Assembly (NCBI GenBank): GCA_016933055.1
Contig: JAFGBS010000028.1
Span: 120,001 to 152,000, forward strand
Length of the DNA stretch: 32,000 nt
Reading direction: 5' to 3'
DNA from: Promethearchaeota archaeon
GTDB taxonomy: Archaea > Asgardarchaeota > Lokiarchaeia > Sigyniarchaeales > Promethearchaeaceae
Shown: piece by piece, positions 18,610 to 27,209 of the stretch
Layout: each line of letters begins with the position of its first letter
Position numbering within the stretch: the stretch's first letter is position 1
The notes under the pieces: model-generated
Told to the model about the DNA's origin: nothing
The model's input: the letters and a program-made list of their open reading frames with translations, nothing else
Database searches by the model: none
Position numbers and translations under genes: made by a program

Positions 18610-18855
18610 GTTCTATCTTGTATAGGATTCCCTATATATACTCGTTCTACGGTATAACGTTACCCAAATGGGATAATCCACGAATTTCCCATGGATAACC
18701 CTATTAACCCTTTGGGTTAGATTTCATGGGTTATAGGAACTCCCACGCTAAAAGAACCTACCGTATGCACTATCTAGGTAGAGTTTTAGCGTAGTTCGTA
18801 CTATGTGGGGTATCGGATACAAATTTGAGTATAGAATTTATTAAAATACGGTATC
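18610..18855 (+). repeat. Dispersed non-coding repeat, segment A
   Basis: Identical blocks at 18656-18670, 18721-18737 and 18784-18800 versus the 10 kb copy. Stem acgctaaaa (18745-18753) / ttttagcgt (18784-18792) with inner ctacc/ggtag. Confidence 0.8.
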
Positions 18856-18945
18856 TAAAATTTTTTTATTTTCTAAAGAAGCTATGGTTAATTTAATATC
18901 ATTTTTACCATATAGATTTTCAAAAATAAAAATAAGTGAACATAT

Positions 18946-19605
18946 ATGAAATATTTCTTAGATAGTGGAAAAATCGAGGAAATTCGATATGCGTATAAAA
19001 ACTGGGCAATTGATGGAGTTACTACCAATCCAAAACATATAAAAAATTCAGGGAAGACCTTCAAAACCGTACTCAAGGAACTTGCTGATGAATTTAAGGA
19101 TACCGAATTTCCAATTTCTGTCGAAATCAACCCTCACCTTGAAAAAGCAGAGGACATGATAAAAGAAGCGAAAGAGTACTCCAAGTTGTCTTCGAATTTT
19201 GTGATAAAAGTACCTTGTACAGAGCAAGGATTGATAGCTGCAAAAATACTTGAAGAAGAGGGTGTGCGTGTAAATGTTACATTAATCTTTTCTGCAAGTC
19301 AAGCAATTCAAGCAGCCCGCATTAACGCAACATTTATCTCACCATTTATTGGATGGCAGGAAGCAAGTGGAGTCGATTGCGCAACTTTGTTAGAAGATAT
19401 AATGCTAATAGTTGAAAATTACGGATTTTCGAGTGAAGTTATCGTCGCAGCTCTGAGGAACGGAAAGCAAATCGTTGAAGCTGCACGATTGGGAGCAGAC
19501 ATTGTTACAGCTGGTTTTGAGGTTTACAATGATTCCTTCGATCATCCGTTTACAGATCGGGGTCTAAAAATCTTCCAAGACGCATGGGATTCAACACCTC
19601 ATTGA
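18946..19605 (+). CDS. sqvA: Transaldolase, probable 6-deoxy-6-sulfofructose transaldolase (SqvA/SftT-like)
   Basis: D6, GVTTNP, E60, Schiff-base K88 (VIKVP) and F134 mark a transaldolase rather than FSA. SPFIGW and VAALRNG replace the usual SPFVGR and ASIR phosphate site. Closely resembles Bacillus SqvA as I recall it (MKYFLDS..EEIRYAY.NWAIDGVTTNP.H, FPISVEINPHL, VAALRNGKQIV). Confidence 0.8.
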   Translation: MKYFLDSGKIEEIRYAYKNWAIDGVTTNPKHIKNSGKTFKTVLKELADEFKDTEFPISVEINPHLEKAEDMIKEAKEYSKLSSNFVIKVPCTEQGLIAAKILEEEGVRVNVTLIFSASQAIQAARINATFISPFIGWQEASGVDCATLLEDIMLIVENYGFSSEVIVAALRNGKQIVEAARLGADIVTAGFEVYNDSFDHPFTDRGLKIFQDAWDSTPH

Positions 19606-19649
19606 GTATATTTTTGAAAGCAAATTTTTATAAAAATAACTCAATAAAT

Positions 19650-20195
19650 CTAATCCACATCACGTTTATAAGGAAACGGAGTATTCTGTAGACGTGTCAT
19701 GCATGGTGCGGATGGAGATCTCTTTTTTTGCACTTTTAGACGATTCTCTTTACGTACTTTCGCTTCCTCATATCTTCTTTTTTCTTCATTCGTTTCCGGG
19801 ATAATTTTCGGGACTTTCTTTGGGTTATCCTTTTCATCGAGTGCAACAAAAGTAAGATAGGCCGAATTCACATGGACAATTTTTCCGCTATTCAAACACT
19901 GGGCTTCCACACGAACTCCGATCTCCATACTTGAAGTACCCGTATAATTCACACTTGCCATTGCATGAACTACATTTCCTACAAATACGGGGCTAAGAAA
20001 ATCGAATCGATCGGCCGAAGCGGTTACCACGTTGCTAAGTGCGTGACGAGATGCTGCGATATAGGCTACTTGATCCACCATCTTCATTATTTTTCCACCT
20101 TGAACGTTTCCATGCACATTAGCATGTTCTGGCTCCATTAATTCCATGATCGATGATTTTGACTCAGTAACTGTGCGAGATTCTGACTGTACCAT
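19650..20195 (-). CDS. Hotdog-fold acyl-CoA thioesterase (YciA-like)
   Basis: HANVHGNVQGGKIMKMVD, ASVNYTGTSSMEIGVRV, YLTFVALD, RRYEEAKVRKE. Confidence 0.9.
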   Translation of the reverse strand: MVQSESRTVTESKSSIMELMEPEHANVHGNVQGGKIMKMVDQVAYIAASRHALSNVVTASADRFDFLSPVFVGNVVHAMASVNYTGTSSMEIGVRVEAQCLNSGKIVHVNSAYLTFVALDEKDNPKKVPKIIPETNEEKRRYEEAKVRKENRLKVQKKRSPSAPCMTRLQNTPFPYKRDVD

Positions 20196-20259
20196 AGAGA
20201 TTCCATTGTGTAATGGATTTTAACTGTTTTCCCCATTAAAAATAGTGTGGGCACCAGCA

Positions 20260-20838
20260 TTACTTCCATACCCATTTCATCCCGCAATATTCACAAGTTG
20301 TCGCATAGGGTTGAATTGGTGCTCCGCAAAAGGAACAATAAACTGGTGAATGACTCTTTTCGCTTTTTATACCTCCTTGGATATTTTTACTTTCTTCTAA
20401 TGCCTTTTTCGCTTTCGCTCTAATCGCTTCTGCTTGTTTATTAGGTTCCGTATCCTTCTTTACAACCTGATAAACAACAATAGCTGATACAGCAATAACA
20501 AAAATCACCACGAAAGCAATGAGTGGTCCTTTTTCCCATGTTGGAGATTCATGAATTGAAGAACCAAAGGAGCTAACAGAGTCAATTGCACTGATAGTAA
20601 TAGCAAAAAAGATTACAAAAACAAAACAACCAAATATAGCACCTATGATACCATCATAATTTTCGTTATTTTCTAATACATCCGCATAACATAGAGGGCA
20701 CATGACATATTCAGTGGAATGCGAATGGCTACCACTTTCTCTCTCATATCGGCATTCCAAACAGATACACTTACCACAAGTATCGCATTTTGAAACTGCA
20801 GTACGATCCTTATGAAAATAACAATTTAACTCTCCCAT
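20260..20838 (-). CDS. B-box-like zinc finger / two-TM / zinc-ribbon protein
   Basis: CYFH....CDTCGKCICLEC...CPLC, two hydrophobic helices, C-terminal CSFC...CEYC. Confidence 0.75.
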   Translation of the reverse strand: MGELNCYFHKDRTAVSKCDTCGKCICLECRYERESGSHSHSTEYVMCPLCYADVLENNENYDGIIGAIFGCFVFVIFFAITISAIDSVSSFGSSIHESPTWEKGPLIAFVVIFVIAVSAIVVYQVVKKDTEPNKQAEAIRAKAKKALEESKNIQGGIKSEKSHSPVYCSFCGAPIQPYATTCEYCGMKWVWK

Positions 20839-21034
20839 TATGAAAGGATCTGGGTAATCAACTATTTTAAATTTCGCTCTAAAGGATCAAATCTTATAGC
20901 TCGTTGGAAAGAATTCTGAGACTTTCTTTAAACCTATGTATTTAGTATCAATTTATCCCAAAACTGGTATCTCTTTTTCCATAAATAAATCGTAGAAATT
21001 ATAGCAGATACTGCAAAAAATAAAAAAAATAGAA

Positions 21035-22543
21035 TCATTCTTGTAGTGATTTTAGTCTGAGTAAAATTACGCCGTGTCCGGGAACCTTAGATGCAAATCC
21101 CCCATTATATATCCCTAAAGTTTTTTGTCTCCATAAATCCCTAACTACATAGTCACCTTTTATTTTTAATTGATCCCATTTTACATATAGATTGTGAGTT
21201 CTTCGGCTTCGATTGAATAATCCAACGATATTTGTCCCATCTTCCATTTTTTTTGCCCAGACCTCGAAATGGGGAACTATCTTTTTCACGATTCTCCCTG
21301 CTTGTTTCCCTAAAGGATCTTGATTAACTTCAAGAACCTCATCATTGGTGAGAAGATTAAGACTAAATTCATCCATACTAGGGATATCACAGCTTAATAA
21401 CAGTGGGGCGCACAATAAACACCATAAACTCATTTGTGAATATTGCTCATCAGCTGTTAGATGAGTTGAAAAAAAATCAGAAAATCTGTGTGGATGTCTA
21501 GTATTTCCTAGTTGAAGCATATCGGGATCATTCCAATGACCTGGTCCTGCAAAAATTCCCCATTTATTCTGGGAAAAACCTATTCTTGCTACTATTCTCC
21601 AATTATCCCGTATATCTCCTGTTGTTCTCCAAAGATTCGCGAGTTCTGACCATTTATCACCTAATTTATAAGGTGCTTTATTGGATAGAGAATATACAAT
21701 ATCTCGTCCACCCTCCAATAATGCTTTCTGCATTGCTTCTACATGTTCTATATCATTTGGATTCCAATCATATTTAAGGTAGTCAAAACCCCATTCTGAG
21801 AATTGTTTTGCGTCAATATGCGACATGTCTATACCAAAGAATCGCACTCGCTTTCGTAAAGCATTCTCCTTTCCAAAAATTTGATTATTTTCTTGTCGAT
21901 ACTTTTCCTCTACAATCCACTTTGAATAATCTACTTGAGAGTTTGGGATTGAACCCCCGCGGTAGCCCGCATAACTCCCTACCCATGGAGTGGAATAAAT
22001 ACCGACTTTTAAACCCAAAGAATGGACATAATCGCACATGCCTTTCATATCAGGAAACTTTGAATTGGGCTGTAAAGCTTCACCTGGTTTTCGCTCTCCT
22101 TGCCAACAATCGTCTATAACAACATATGTCCACCCGTGATCGATCAATCTCTTCTCTACCATCGCTTTGGCAATATGTTCAACCTTTTCTTGCGTAATCC
22201 AAAGACTGTAAACGTACCAACTATTCCATCCCATTGGTGGAGTTAAACAGATTCTATGCCCAATTTTAATGGTAAATTGTCGAGTATCTCTTCCTATATC
22301 GTTTGAAACAATTAATGTGGTTTCATACTCTCCCATCTCATATTTTTGACCAGTTATAACACCGGTATTTTGATCCACTGAAAATTCTTCTGGAAGATTC
22401 AATACCTCATATTTTAGTGGTCTTTTACCAGTAGCAGGAATCTTAAATATAATTGGTGACATAGGACGGACTCCAAACACTTTAGGACCCGTTATTTTCG
22501 GTTGTGGACCTGATTTAGGAGTTAAAACATACTCTTCATTCAT
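21035..22543 (-). CDS. GH27 alpha-galactosidase with an N-terminal Ig-like domain, no signal peptide; probable ATG at 22543
   Basis: TPPMGWNSW, VIDDCW, YLKYDW (nucleophile Asp), WRTTGDI (acid/base Asp), WNDPDML, NQDPLG. Confidence 0.9.
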   Translation of the reverse strand: MNEEYVLTPKSGPQPKITGPKVFGVRPMSPIIFKIPATGKRPLKYEVLNLPEEFSVDQNTGVITGQKYEMGEYETTLIVSNDIGRDTRQFTIKIGHRICLTPPMGWNSWYVYSLWITQEKVEHIAKAMVEKRLIDHGWTYVVIDDCWQGERKPGEALQPNSKFPDMKGMCDYVHSLGLKVGIYSTPWVGSYAGYRGGSIPNSQVDYSKWIVEEKYRQENNQIFGKENALRKRVRFFGIDMSHIDAKQFSEWGFDYLKYDWNPNDIEHVEAMQKALLEGGRDIVYSLSNKAPYKLGDKWSELANLWRTTGDIRDNWRIVARIGFSQNKWGIFAGPGHWNDPDMLQLGNTRHPHRFSDFFSTHLTADEQYSQMSLWCLLCAPLLLSCDIPSMDEFSLNLLTNDEVLEVNQDPLGKQAGRIVKKIVPHFEVWAKKMEDGTNIVGLFNRSRRTHNLYVKWDQLKIKGDYVVRDLWRQKTLGIYNGGFASKVPGHGVILLRLKSLQE

Positions 22544-22657
22544 GGAACTCACTTTAATGCATAAATAGCTCACTTATCTAGAGTAAGTAGGCGAGAGTAG
22601 TTATTAATTGATGCAATGAGTAATTCATAAGAATGGTGCCACAAAGATTACCATATA

Positions 22658-23974
22658 ATGAAACAATTAGTAAAAATTGGAGTGCTGTGTTTTGCTCGGA
22701 AGACCTTCGATTTTAACGCTGCATTTGATATATATAAAAAAATTCAAACAGATTTGAAAAGAATTTCACAAGTAGAGTGGAGATTTATACCCGAATTAGT
22801 GATAGAGGAAGATGAAGCAATTGCAGCTGCGCTAGAATTGAAATCAAAGAACATAGATGCGGTCATTTGCATTAGTGGCACTTTTCATTTGGGGCAGCTT
22901 ATTCTCCAATTCGATCGAATTCTACAAAAACCTCTACTTCTATGGGGTTTATATGAATTACCATATGATGGGGGTAGAATCCGGTTAAATTCTGTGTGTG
23001 GGCTTAATCTTGATGCCTCTAATCTTTATAAATCCGGTATACATAATTTTCATTATAAAATCGGGCCAAATATTGATGAAGATTGGATAGATGCAATCCG
23101 CGTCATCAAAGCTTTCACATCTTCCAAAATTGGGATTATTGGTCATCACGCATCGGGATTTTTCAATATCGATGTTGATGAGCCCATCTTATTCAAGGAA
23201 ACTGGCGTATTATTGCAACAGTATGAATTAAAACAAGTTTGGGATGCTGAAGTATCCGATATTGACGTAAACAAACGACGAGAACAAATAAAGGAACTTT
23301 TTGATATTAGTGGTATTTCTGACGATCAAATAAATAAGGTCGCAGATCTAACTGCAAAATTTGCTGCTTTTATGGATAAACAAGGGTTACACGCACTTGC
23401 AGTTCGGTGCTGGCCTGAATTTGCTGCAGAATTTGGCATAAGTCCATGTGCTTCAATGTCCATTTTGCAATCGGAACATTACATATTAGGATGTGAGGGA
23501 GATGTGCTTGGTCTAATGTCTATGCTTGCCCAAAAAGCGATTGGCGGAGAGACTCCGTTCTTGACTGATTTTTCTCAAGTAGATTTTGAACAAAATTATG
23601 CATTGTTATGGCACTGTGGGGTGGCTGCGTGTAATCTTTGGGATGGAAAATGCGTTAGATCGTTGGATTCTTATTTTGCTGGAGGTAAAGGTGTTACAGC
23701 TGATTTTGTGATGAAACCTGGTAAAGTATCCCTCTTAAGGATAGACTCGGTCGGAGAAGAATTTCGCATATTCTTACAAAGAGCAGAAGGATTACCTATG
23801 CAAAAAGAATTGAAAGGTACATATCTTAAAACCCGTTTTAAGGATAATATCCGTGTAGTCTTGGATAAAATTATTACAAATGGAATTGCTCATCATATAG
23901 CCCTATCATATGGGAACTTCATTCGTCCATTTGAAATTCTAGCAAAAATAAAGAAATGGCAAATTGTACAATAA
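22658..23974 (+). CDS. L-fucose/L-arabinose-isomerase-family sugar isomerase, candidate sulfoquinovose isomerase (SqvD/SftI-like)
   Basis: Metal ligands in CEGD, TDF and AHH, plus AVRCWPEF, WHCG and an N-terminal ARKTFD. Family assignment is firm; substrate is inferred from context. Confidence 0.8.
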   Translation: MKQLVKIGVLCFARKTFDFNAAFDIYKKIQTDLKRISQVEWRFIPELVIEEDEAIAAALELKSKNIDAVICISGTFHLGQLILQFDRILQKPLLLWGLYELPYDGGRIRLNSVCGLNLDASNLYKSGIHNFHYKIGPNIDEDWIDAIRVIKAFTSSKIGIIGHHASGFFNIDVDEPILFKETGVLLQQYELKQVWDAEVSDIDVNKRREQIKELFDISGISDDQINKVADLTAKFAAFMDKQGLHALAVRCWPEFAAEFGISPCASMSILQSEHYILGCEGDVLGLMSMLAQKAIGGETPFLTDFSQVDFEQNYALLWHCGVAACNLWDGKCVRSLDSYFAGGKGVTADFVMKPGKVSLLRIDSVGEEFRIFLQRAEGLPMQKELKGTYLKTRFKDNIRVVLDKIITNGIAHHIALSYGNFIRPFEILAKIKKWQIVQ

Positions 23975-24063
23975 TTTTCAGGTTCTAACCTAATTCAAAG
24001 CATTGCCTTGAATTTTTTTCTTTATCTTTTTAGTTTTAAAAAAAAAGGAGAATAAAATATATA

Positions 24064-24774
24064 ATGAACCATTTGGTGTCAATTGATGACAAACTAGCCG
24101 AAAATGGAGTAAAAGTGCATTTATACTACATAGTACTAAATAATATCGACAACACAGTCGAAAATTATGATTTCAATCGATCTATCATCATTCCCGAGAC
24201 TCAGCGAATCACTGGGCACTACACCATAGAGAATATAAAGGAAGATCCGATAATTGCTGCTTATCGAAGATTTTATTGGTCTTATTTAGGAATTGATCCT
24301 ACTAAAATCCGTCCATCAGGGGAGGCACTGGTTAGAAGAGTACTGCAAGGTAAAAACCTTCCTAAAATTTCTTATTTCGTGGACGCGTATAATTGGGGGA
24401 GCTGCAGTTCTTTAATTCCCATCGGCAGCTATGATTTAGATACCTTTTCAACGCCAATAACCATACGATATGCAAAAACGGGGGAAGAATTCGAAGCGAT
24501 CGGAGGAAAAAAAAGGATTATGAAAGGAAATGAGATTCTAACTGTAGGTGCAAGTAATGAAATTCTTTCACAGTTTCCATATCGAGACGCTAACGCAACG
24601 AAGATAACTAAATCTACCATAAATATAATAATTCTCAGTATGGGTGTAGAAGGAGTTCCGAAATCTGCAATTAAGAAAGCGATAACTCTCATACTCAGTT
24701 TTCTAAAAAAAGGTCTTTCTGGTAAACATCCAGAATTTACAGAAAATGAGATTAATTATGTATCAAATTTCTAA
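24064..24774 (+). CDS. Stand-alone B3/B4 (PheRS-beta editing-like) domain protein
   Basis: AYRRFYW.YLGIDPTKIRPSGEALVRR, VDAYN, PIGSYDLD, FPYRDA..TKIT. Confidence 0.85.
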   Translation: MNHLVSIDDKLAENGVKVHLYYIVLNNIDNTVENYDFNRSIIIPETQRITGHYTIENIKEDPIIAAYRRFYWSYLGIDPTKIRPSGEALVRRVLQGKNLPKISYFVDAYNWGSCSSLIPIGSYDLDTFSTPITIRYAKTGEEFEAIGGKKRIMKGNEILTVGASNEILSQFPYRDANATKITKSTINIIILSMGVEGVPKSAIKKAITLILSFLKKGLSGKHPEFTENEINYVSNF

Positions 24775-24777
24775 CAA

Positions 24778-25770
24778 TCACAAGAAGCCGTTTCCGATGT
24801 ACCAATCTCGTGCGTCCTCAACTATTTTTCGTAAGGGATAAATGGTATATCCTAATTCACGCACGGCTTTAGAGGAGTCATATCTTGGAAATTGCGACAT
24901 CCATCGTGCTTTGCTGGGACTAAGTTGGGGGGGATTATTCGTAAATTTTGAGATAAATTCCATTAAGTGGCCTAATAAAACTGCAGTTCTCTGAGAAAAA
25001 ACTCGGGTTGTAGGTAATTCTCTATCAATGGAACATGCTATTTCCTCAAAAACTTCTTTATAAGTATGAGCTGGTCCAGCACAGATATATCTCTCTCCTG
25101 ATTTTCCAAGGTCTAATGCATTTATATGCGCTTTTGCAACTTCACTTACATGCCCCCAAGATTGCCCACCACTTGGAATTCCGGGTAGTTTTTTATCTCG
25201 AATATTTAAGAAAATTCTCCCAAACTGAAGTGTAAAATCATACGGTCCCATAATGCCACCAGGGCTTATGATCGTAGCCTCTAATCCCTTCTTAACGGCA
25301 TCAATGACTATTTCATCCCCTTTACGCTTGTTAAATGAATATTCATATTTAACATGGGCAATATTATAGTTAGACCATGTTTCATCGGTTAATCCATGGG
25401 GGTTTATTCCAATTGTAGCTGCAGTTCCAGTGTGCACGACTTTTTTGACTTTTTGCTTGATTGCAGCGTTCATAACATTTCTAACGCCATCAATATTAAT
25501 TCTTCTCTGGCGAGAGACTAGTTTGGACCACCAAGAGGTATCTCCTGCTACGTGAATAACCTTATCGATACCCTTCATTGCTTTTTCGATACTCGAAGCT
25601 ACGGTTATGTCACCATAAACAATTTCTACACCCGGAACATTAATATATTTGGTTATTGAATCCTTTAAACCAAAAGCGCGAACACTGTACCCTTTTTCAA
25701 TAGCTTGAAGTGTTACATTTGTCCCTATAAAACCAGTTGCACCCGTGATCAATATGTCTGGAGTACCCAT
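24778..25770 (-). CDS. Extended SDR, NAD-dependent epimerase/dehydratase (DFR/HpnA-like)
   Basis: ITGATGFIG, GDIT, VIHVAG, YxxxK (YSFNK), HVSEVAKAH, GERYI. Confidence 0.9.
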   Translation of the reverse strand: MGTPDILITGATGFIGTNVTLQAIEKGYSVRAFGLKDSITKYINVPGVEIVYGDITVASSIEKAMKGIDKVIHVAGDTSWWSKLVSRQRRINIDGVRNVMNAAIKQKVKKVVHTGTAATIGINPHGLTDETWSNYNIAHVKYEYSFNKRKGDEIVIDAVKKGLEATIISPGGIMGPYDFTLQFGRIFLNIRDKKLPGIPSGGQSWGHVSEVAKAHINALDLGKSGERYICAGPAHTYKEVFEEIACSIDRELPTTRVFSQRTAVLLGHLMEFISKFTNNPPQLSPSKARWMSQFPRYDSSKAVRELGYTIYPLRKIVEDARDWYIGNGFL

Positions 25771-25786
25771 TTTTCATCGAATAACA

Positions 25787-27142
25787 TTAAGCTTTTTGGA
25801 ATAAATCCACTTCCTTCCTCTTCGCATCGAATTTTGCACTTTTTTTGCCTGAGATCAATCCATTAAAAGTAATTACAAACCATTCTAGTGATCCTACATA
25901 GTGGATTTTTTCCCACCCGATATTTAGTAATCCCCATAATAATGCAAGAATAGCGCCAATAATGATAACTCCGCCGAGACTGTCCCTCCACCCGGTGATA
26001 AATGGTATCTGATCCAATAATAATCCCAATGCAATCGCAGTCATTCCTTCAAAAATGTATATACTCATTGAGAGATTACCCATTCTGGCAAAAAACCGAG
26101 CGTTTCTCATGTTTATTTTCTGCCACTTTGGCGTAGCAAAATCAAAAAGTGCTAACCCCATAGAAAAGAATAAAAAACATACCCCTAATTGAGCTAAGTG
26201 ACGCCAATAGTCGTCCATAATTGCTATTGGAATAGTATCGTATATAAGACCTGGATGAATTCCTCCTCTTCGAATAATACCAAACAATCCCAGAGTAGTA
26301 AAAATAACTAACATAGATAATGTATAAGCATAAATTTTTCTTCGGGATTCATTTCTCGCAAGTGCTATTCCCACAATAGCTCCATAACATGCAAATGCGC
26401 TAACAGGAAAGATAGGAAAATTATCATAGGCTAGTAATGCAAGAGGCCATGCTAATATAGGATGCCCATTTATTAGTAATGATTCTACAAACGGTGCCAG
26501 AAAAATGCGAATTGGTATTGCAAGTAATAAAATGATGGTACCTGTTATAAATAATACCATATATACACTATTCCAATTTCTACGACCTCTTTTAATGAAT
26601 CGTGAGGAAGCAATACTAAGAATTTGTGGAACCAAGTAAGAATTAATCCCCAAAATCGTTAATGACGAACTACTAACTAACCAAAAATTTGGGATTGTTT
26701 TAGTATTGTATAAAATGGTGTAGCTATAAATTTCAGAAAGATCAGGCCATGTTCCTGTTCGTAATGCAAAATATAACATTCCCGAGTCCGCACTGAAAAA
26801 TACTCGAAAAAGAAAATTCAATGAAATCAAGAGCACGCATGCGATGAGACCCGAGAATACTAATTGTCTCGGTTTGTTTACTTCCGTATCTACGCGTTTA
26901 TAAAACATAAACGCGTTTACCGCACCCAAAATTGCTGAATAAATGCCCCCTATAGTTACAAAAAATATAAGAAAAGACATAAATGGGTCTGTTGCTTCAG
27001 TTCCAGATTGTTCTGTTTCTGCTCCGGTCCATAAATGCAATCCCGTATGAAGAATAATGAGGAATAACATAGCAAAACCCCTGTAAACATCCATTAATTT
27101 TATCCTTGCAAAATTCGCCATCGTGTTCTTCACCACTATCAT
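25787..27142 (-). CDS. Multi-pass membrane protein, DUF1624/HGSNAT-like acyltransferase fold
   Basis: N-terminal MDVYRGFAM...LH, many TM helices, C-terminal GNLSMSIY and GSLEW. Confidence 0.7.
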   Translation of the reverse strand: MIVVKNTMANFARIKLMDVYRGFAMLFLIILHTGLHLWTGAETEQSGTEATDPFMSFLIFFVTIGGIYSAILGAVNAFMFYKRVDTEVNKPRQLVFSGLIACVLLISLNFLFRVFFSADSGMLYFALRTGTWPDLSEIYSYTILYNTKTIPNFWLVSSSSLTILGINSYLVPQILSIASSRFIKRGRRNWNSVYMVLFITGTIILLLAIPIRIFLAPFVESLLINGHPILAWPLALLAYDNFPIFPVSAFACYGAIVGIALARNESRRKIYAYTLSMLVIFTTLGLFGIIRRGGIHPGLIYDTIPIAIMDDYWRHLAQLGVCFLFFSMGLALFDFATPKWQKINMRNARFFARMGNLSMSIYIFEGMTAIALGLLLDQIPFITGWRDSLGGVIIIGAILALLWGLLNIGWEKIHYVGSLEWFVITFNGLISGKKSAKFDAKRKEVDLFQKA

Positions 27143-27209
27143 TCTGTGTTACTCTAAGATAATTAAAAGCTTACTATGATCGAAAAAAATCCAAATAAAG
27201 AAAAAAAAA

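Noticed and set aside
5142-18855. Repeat copies as a CRISPR array
   Set aside because: Copies are dispersed, hundreds of bp long, in both orientations and diverged. There is no regular repeat-spacer period and no cas gene.
19650-20195. Thioesterase as part of the sulfo-TAL or mutase system
   Set aside because: It is an ordinary YciA-like enzyme, convergent with the transaldolase and 5 kb from the mutase. No sequence evidence links them.
21035-22543. GH27 as a new sulfoquinovosidase
   Set aside because: The DDCW motif keeps both Asp residues that bind galactose O4 and O6 in GH27. The O6-binding Asp should repel a C6 sulfonate. Known SQases are GH31 and GH188.
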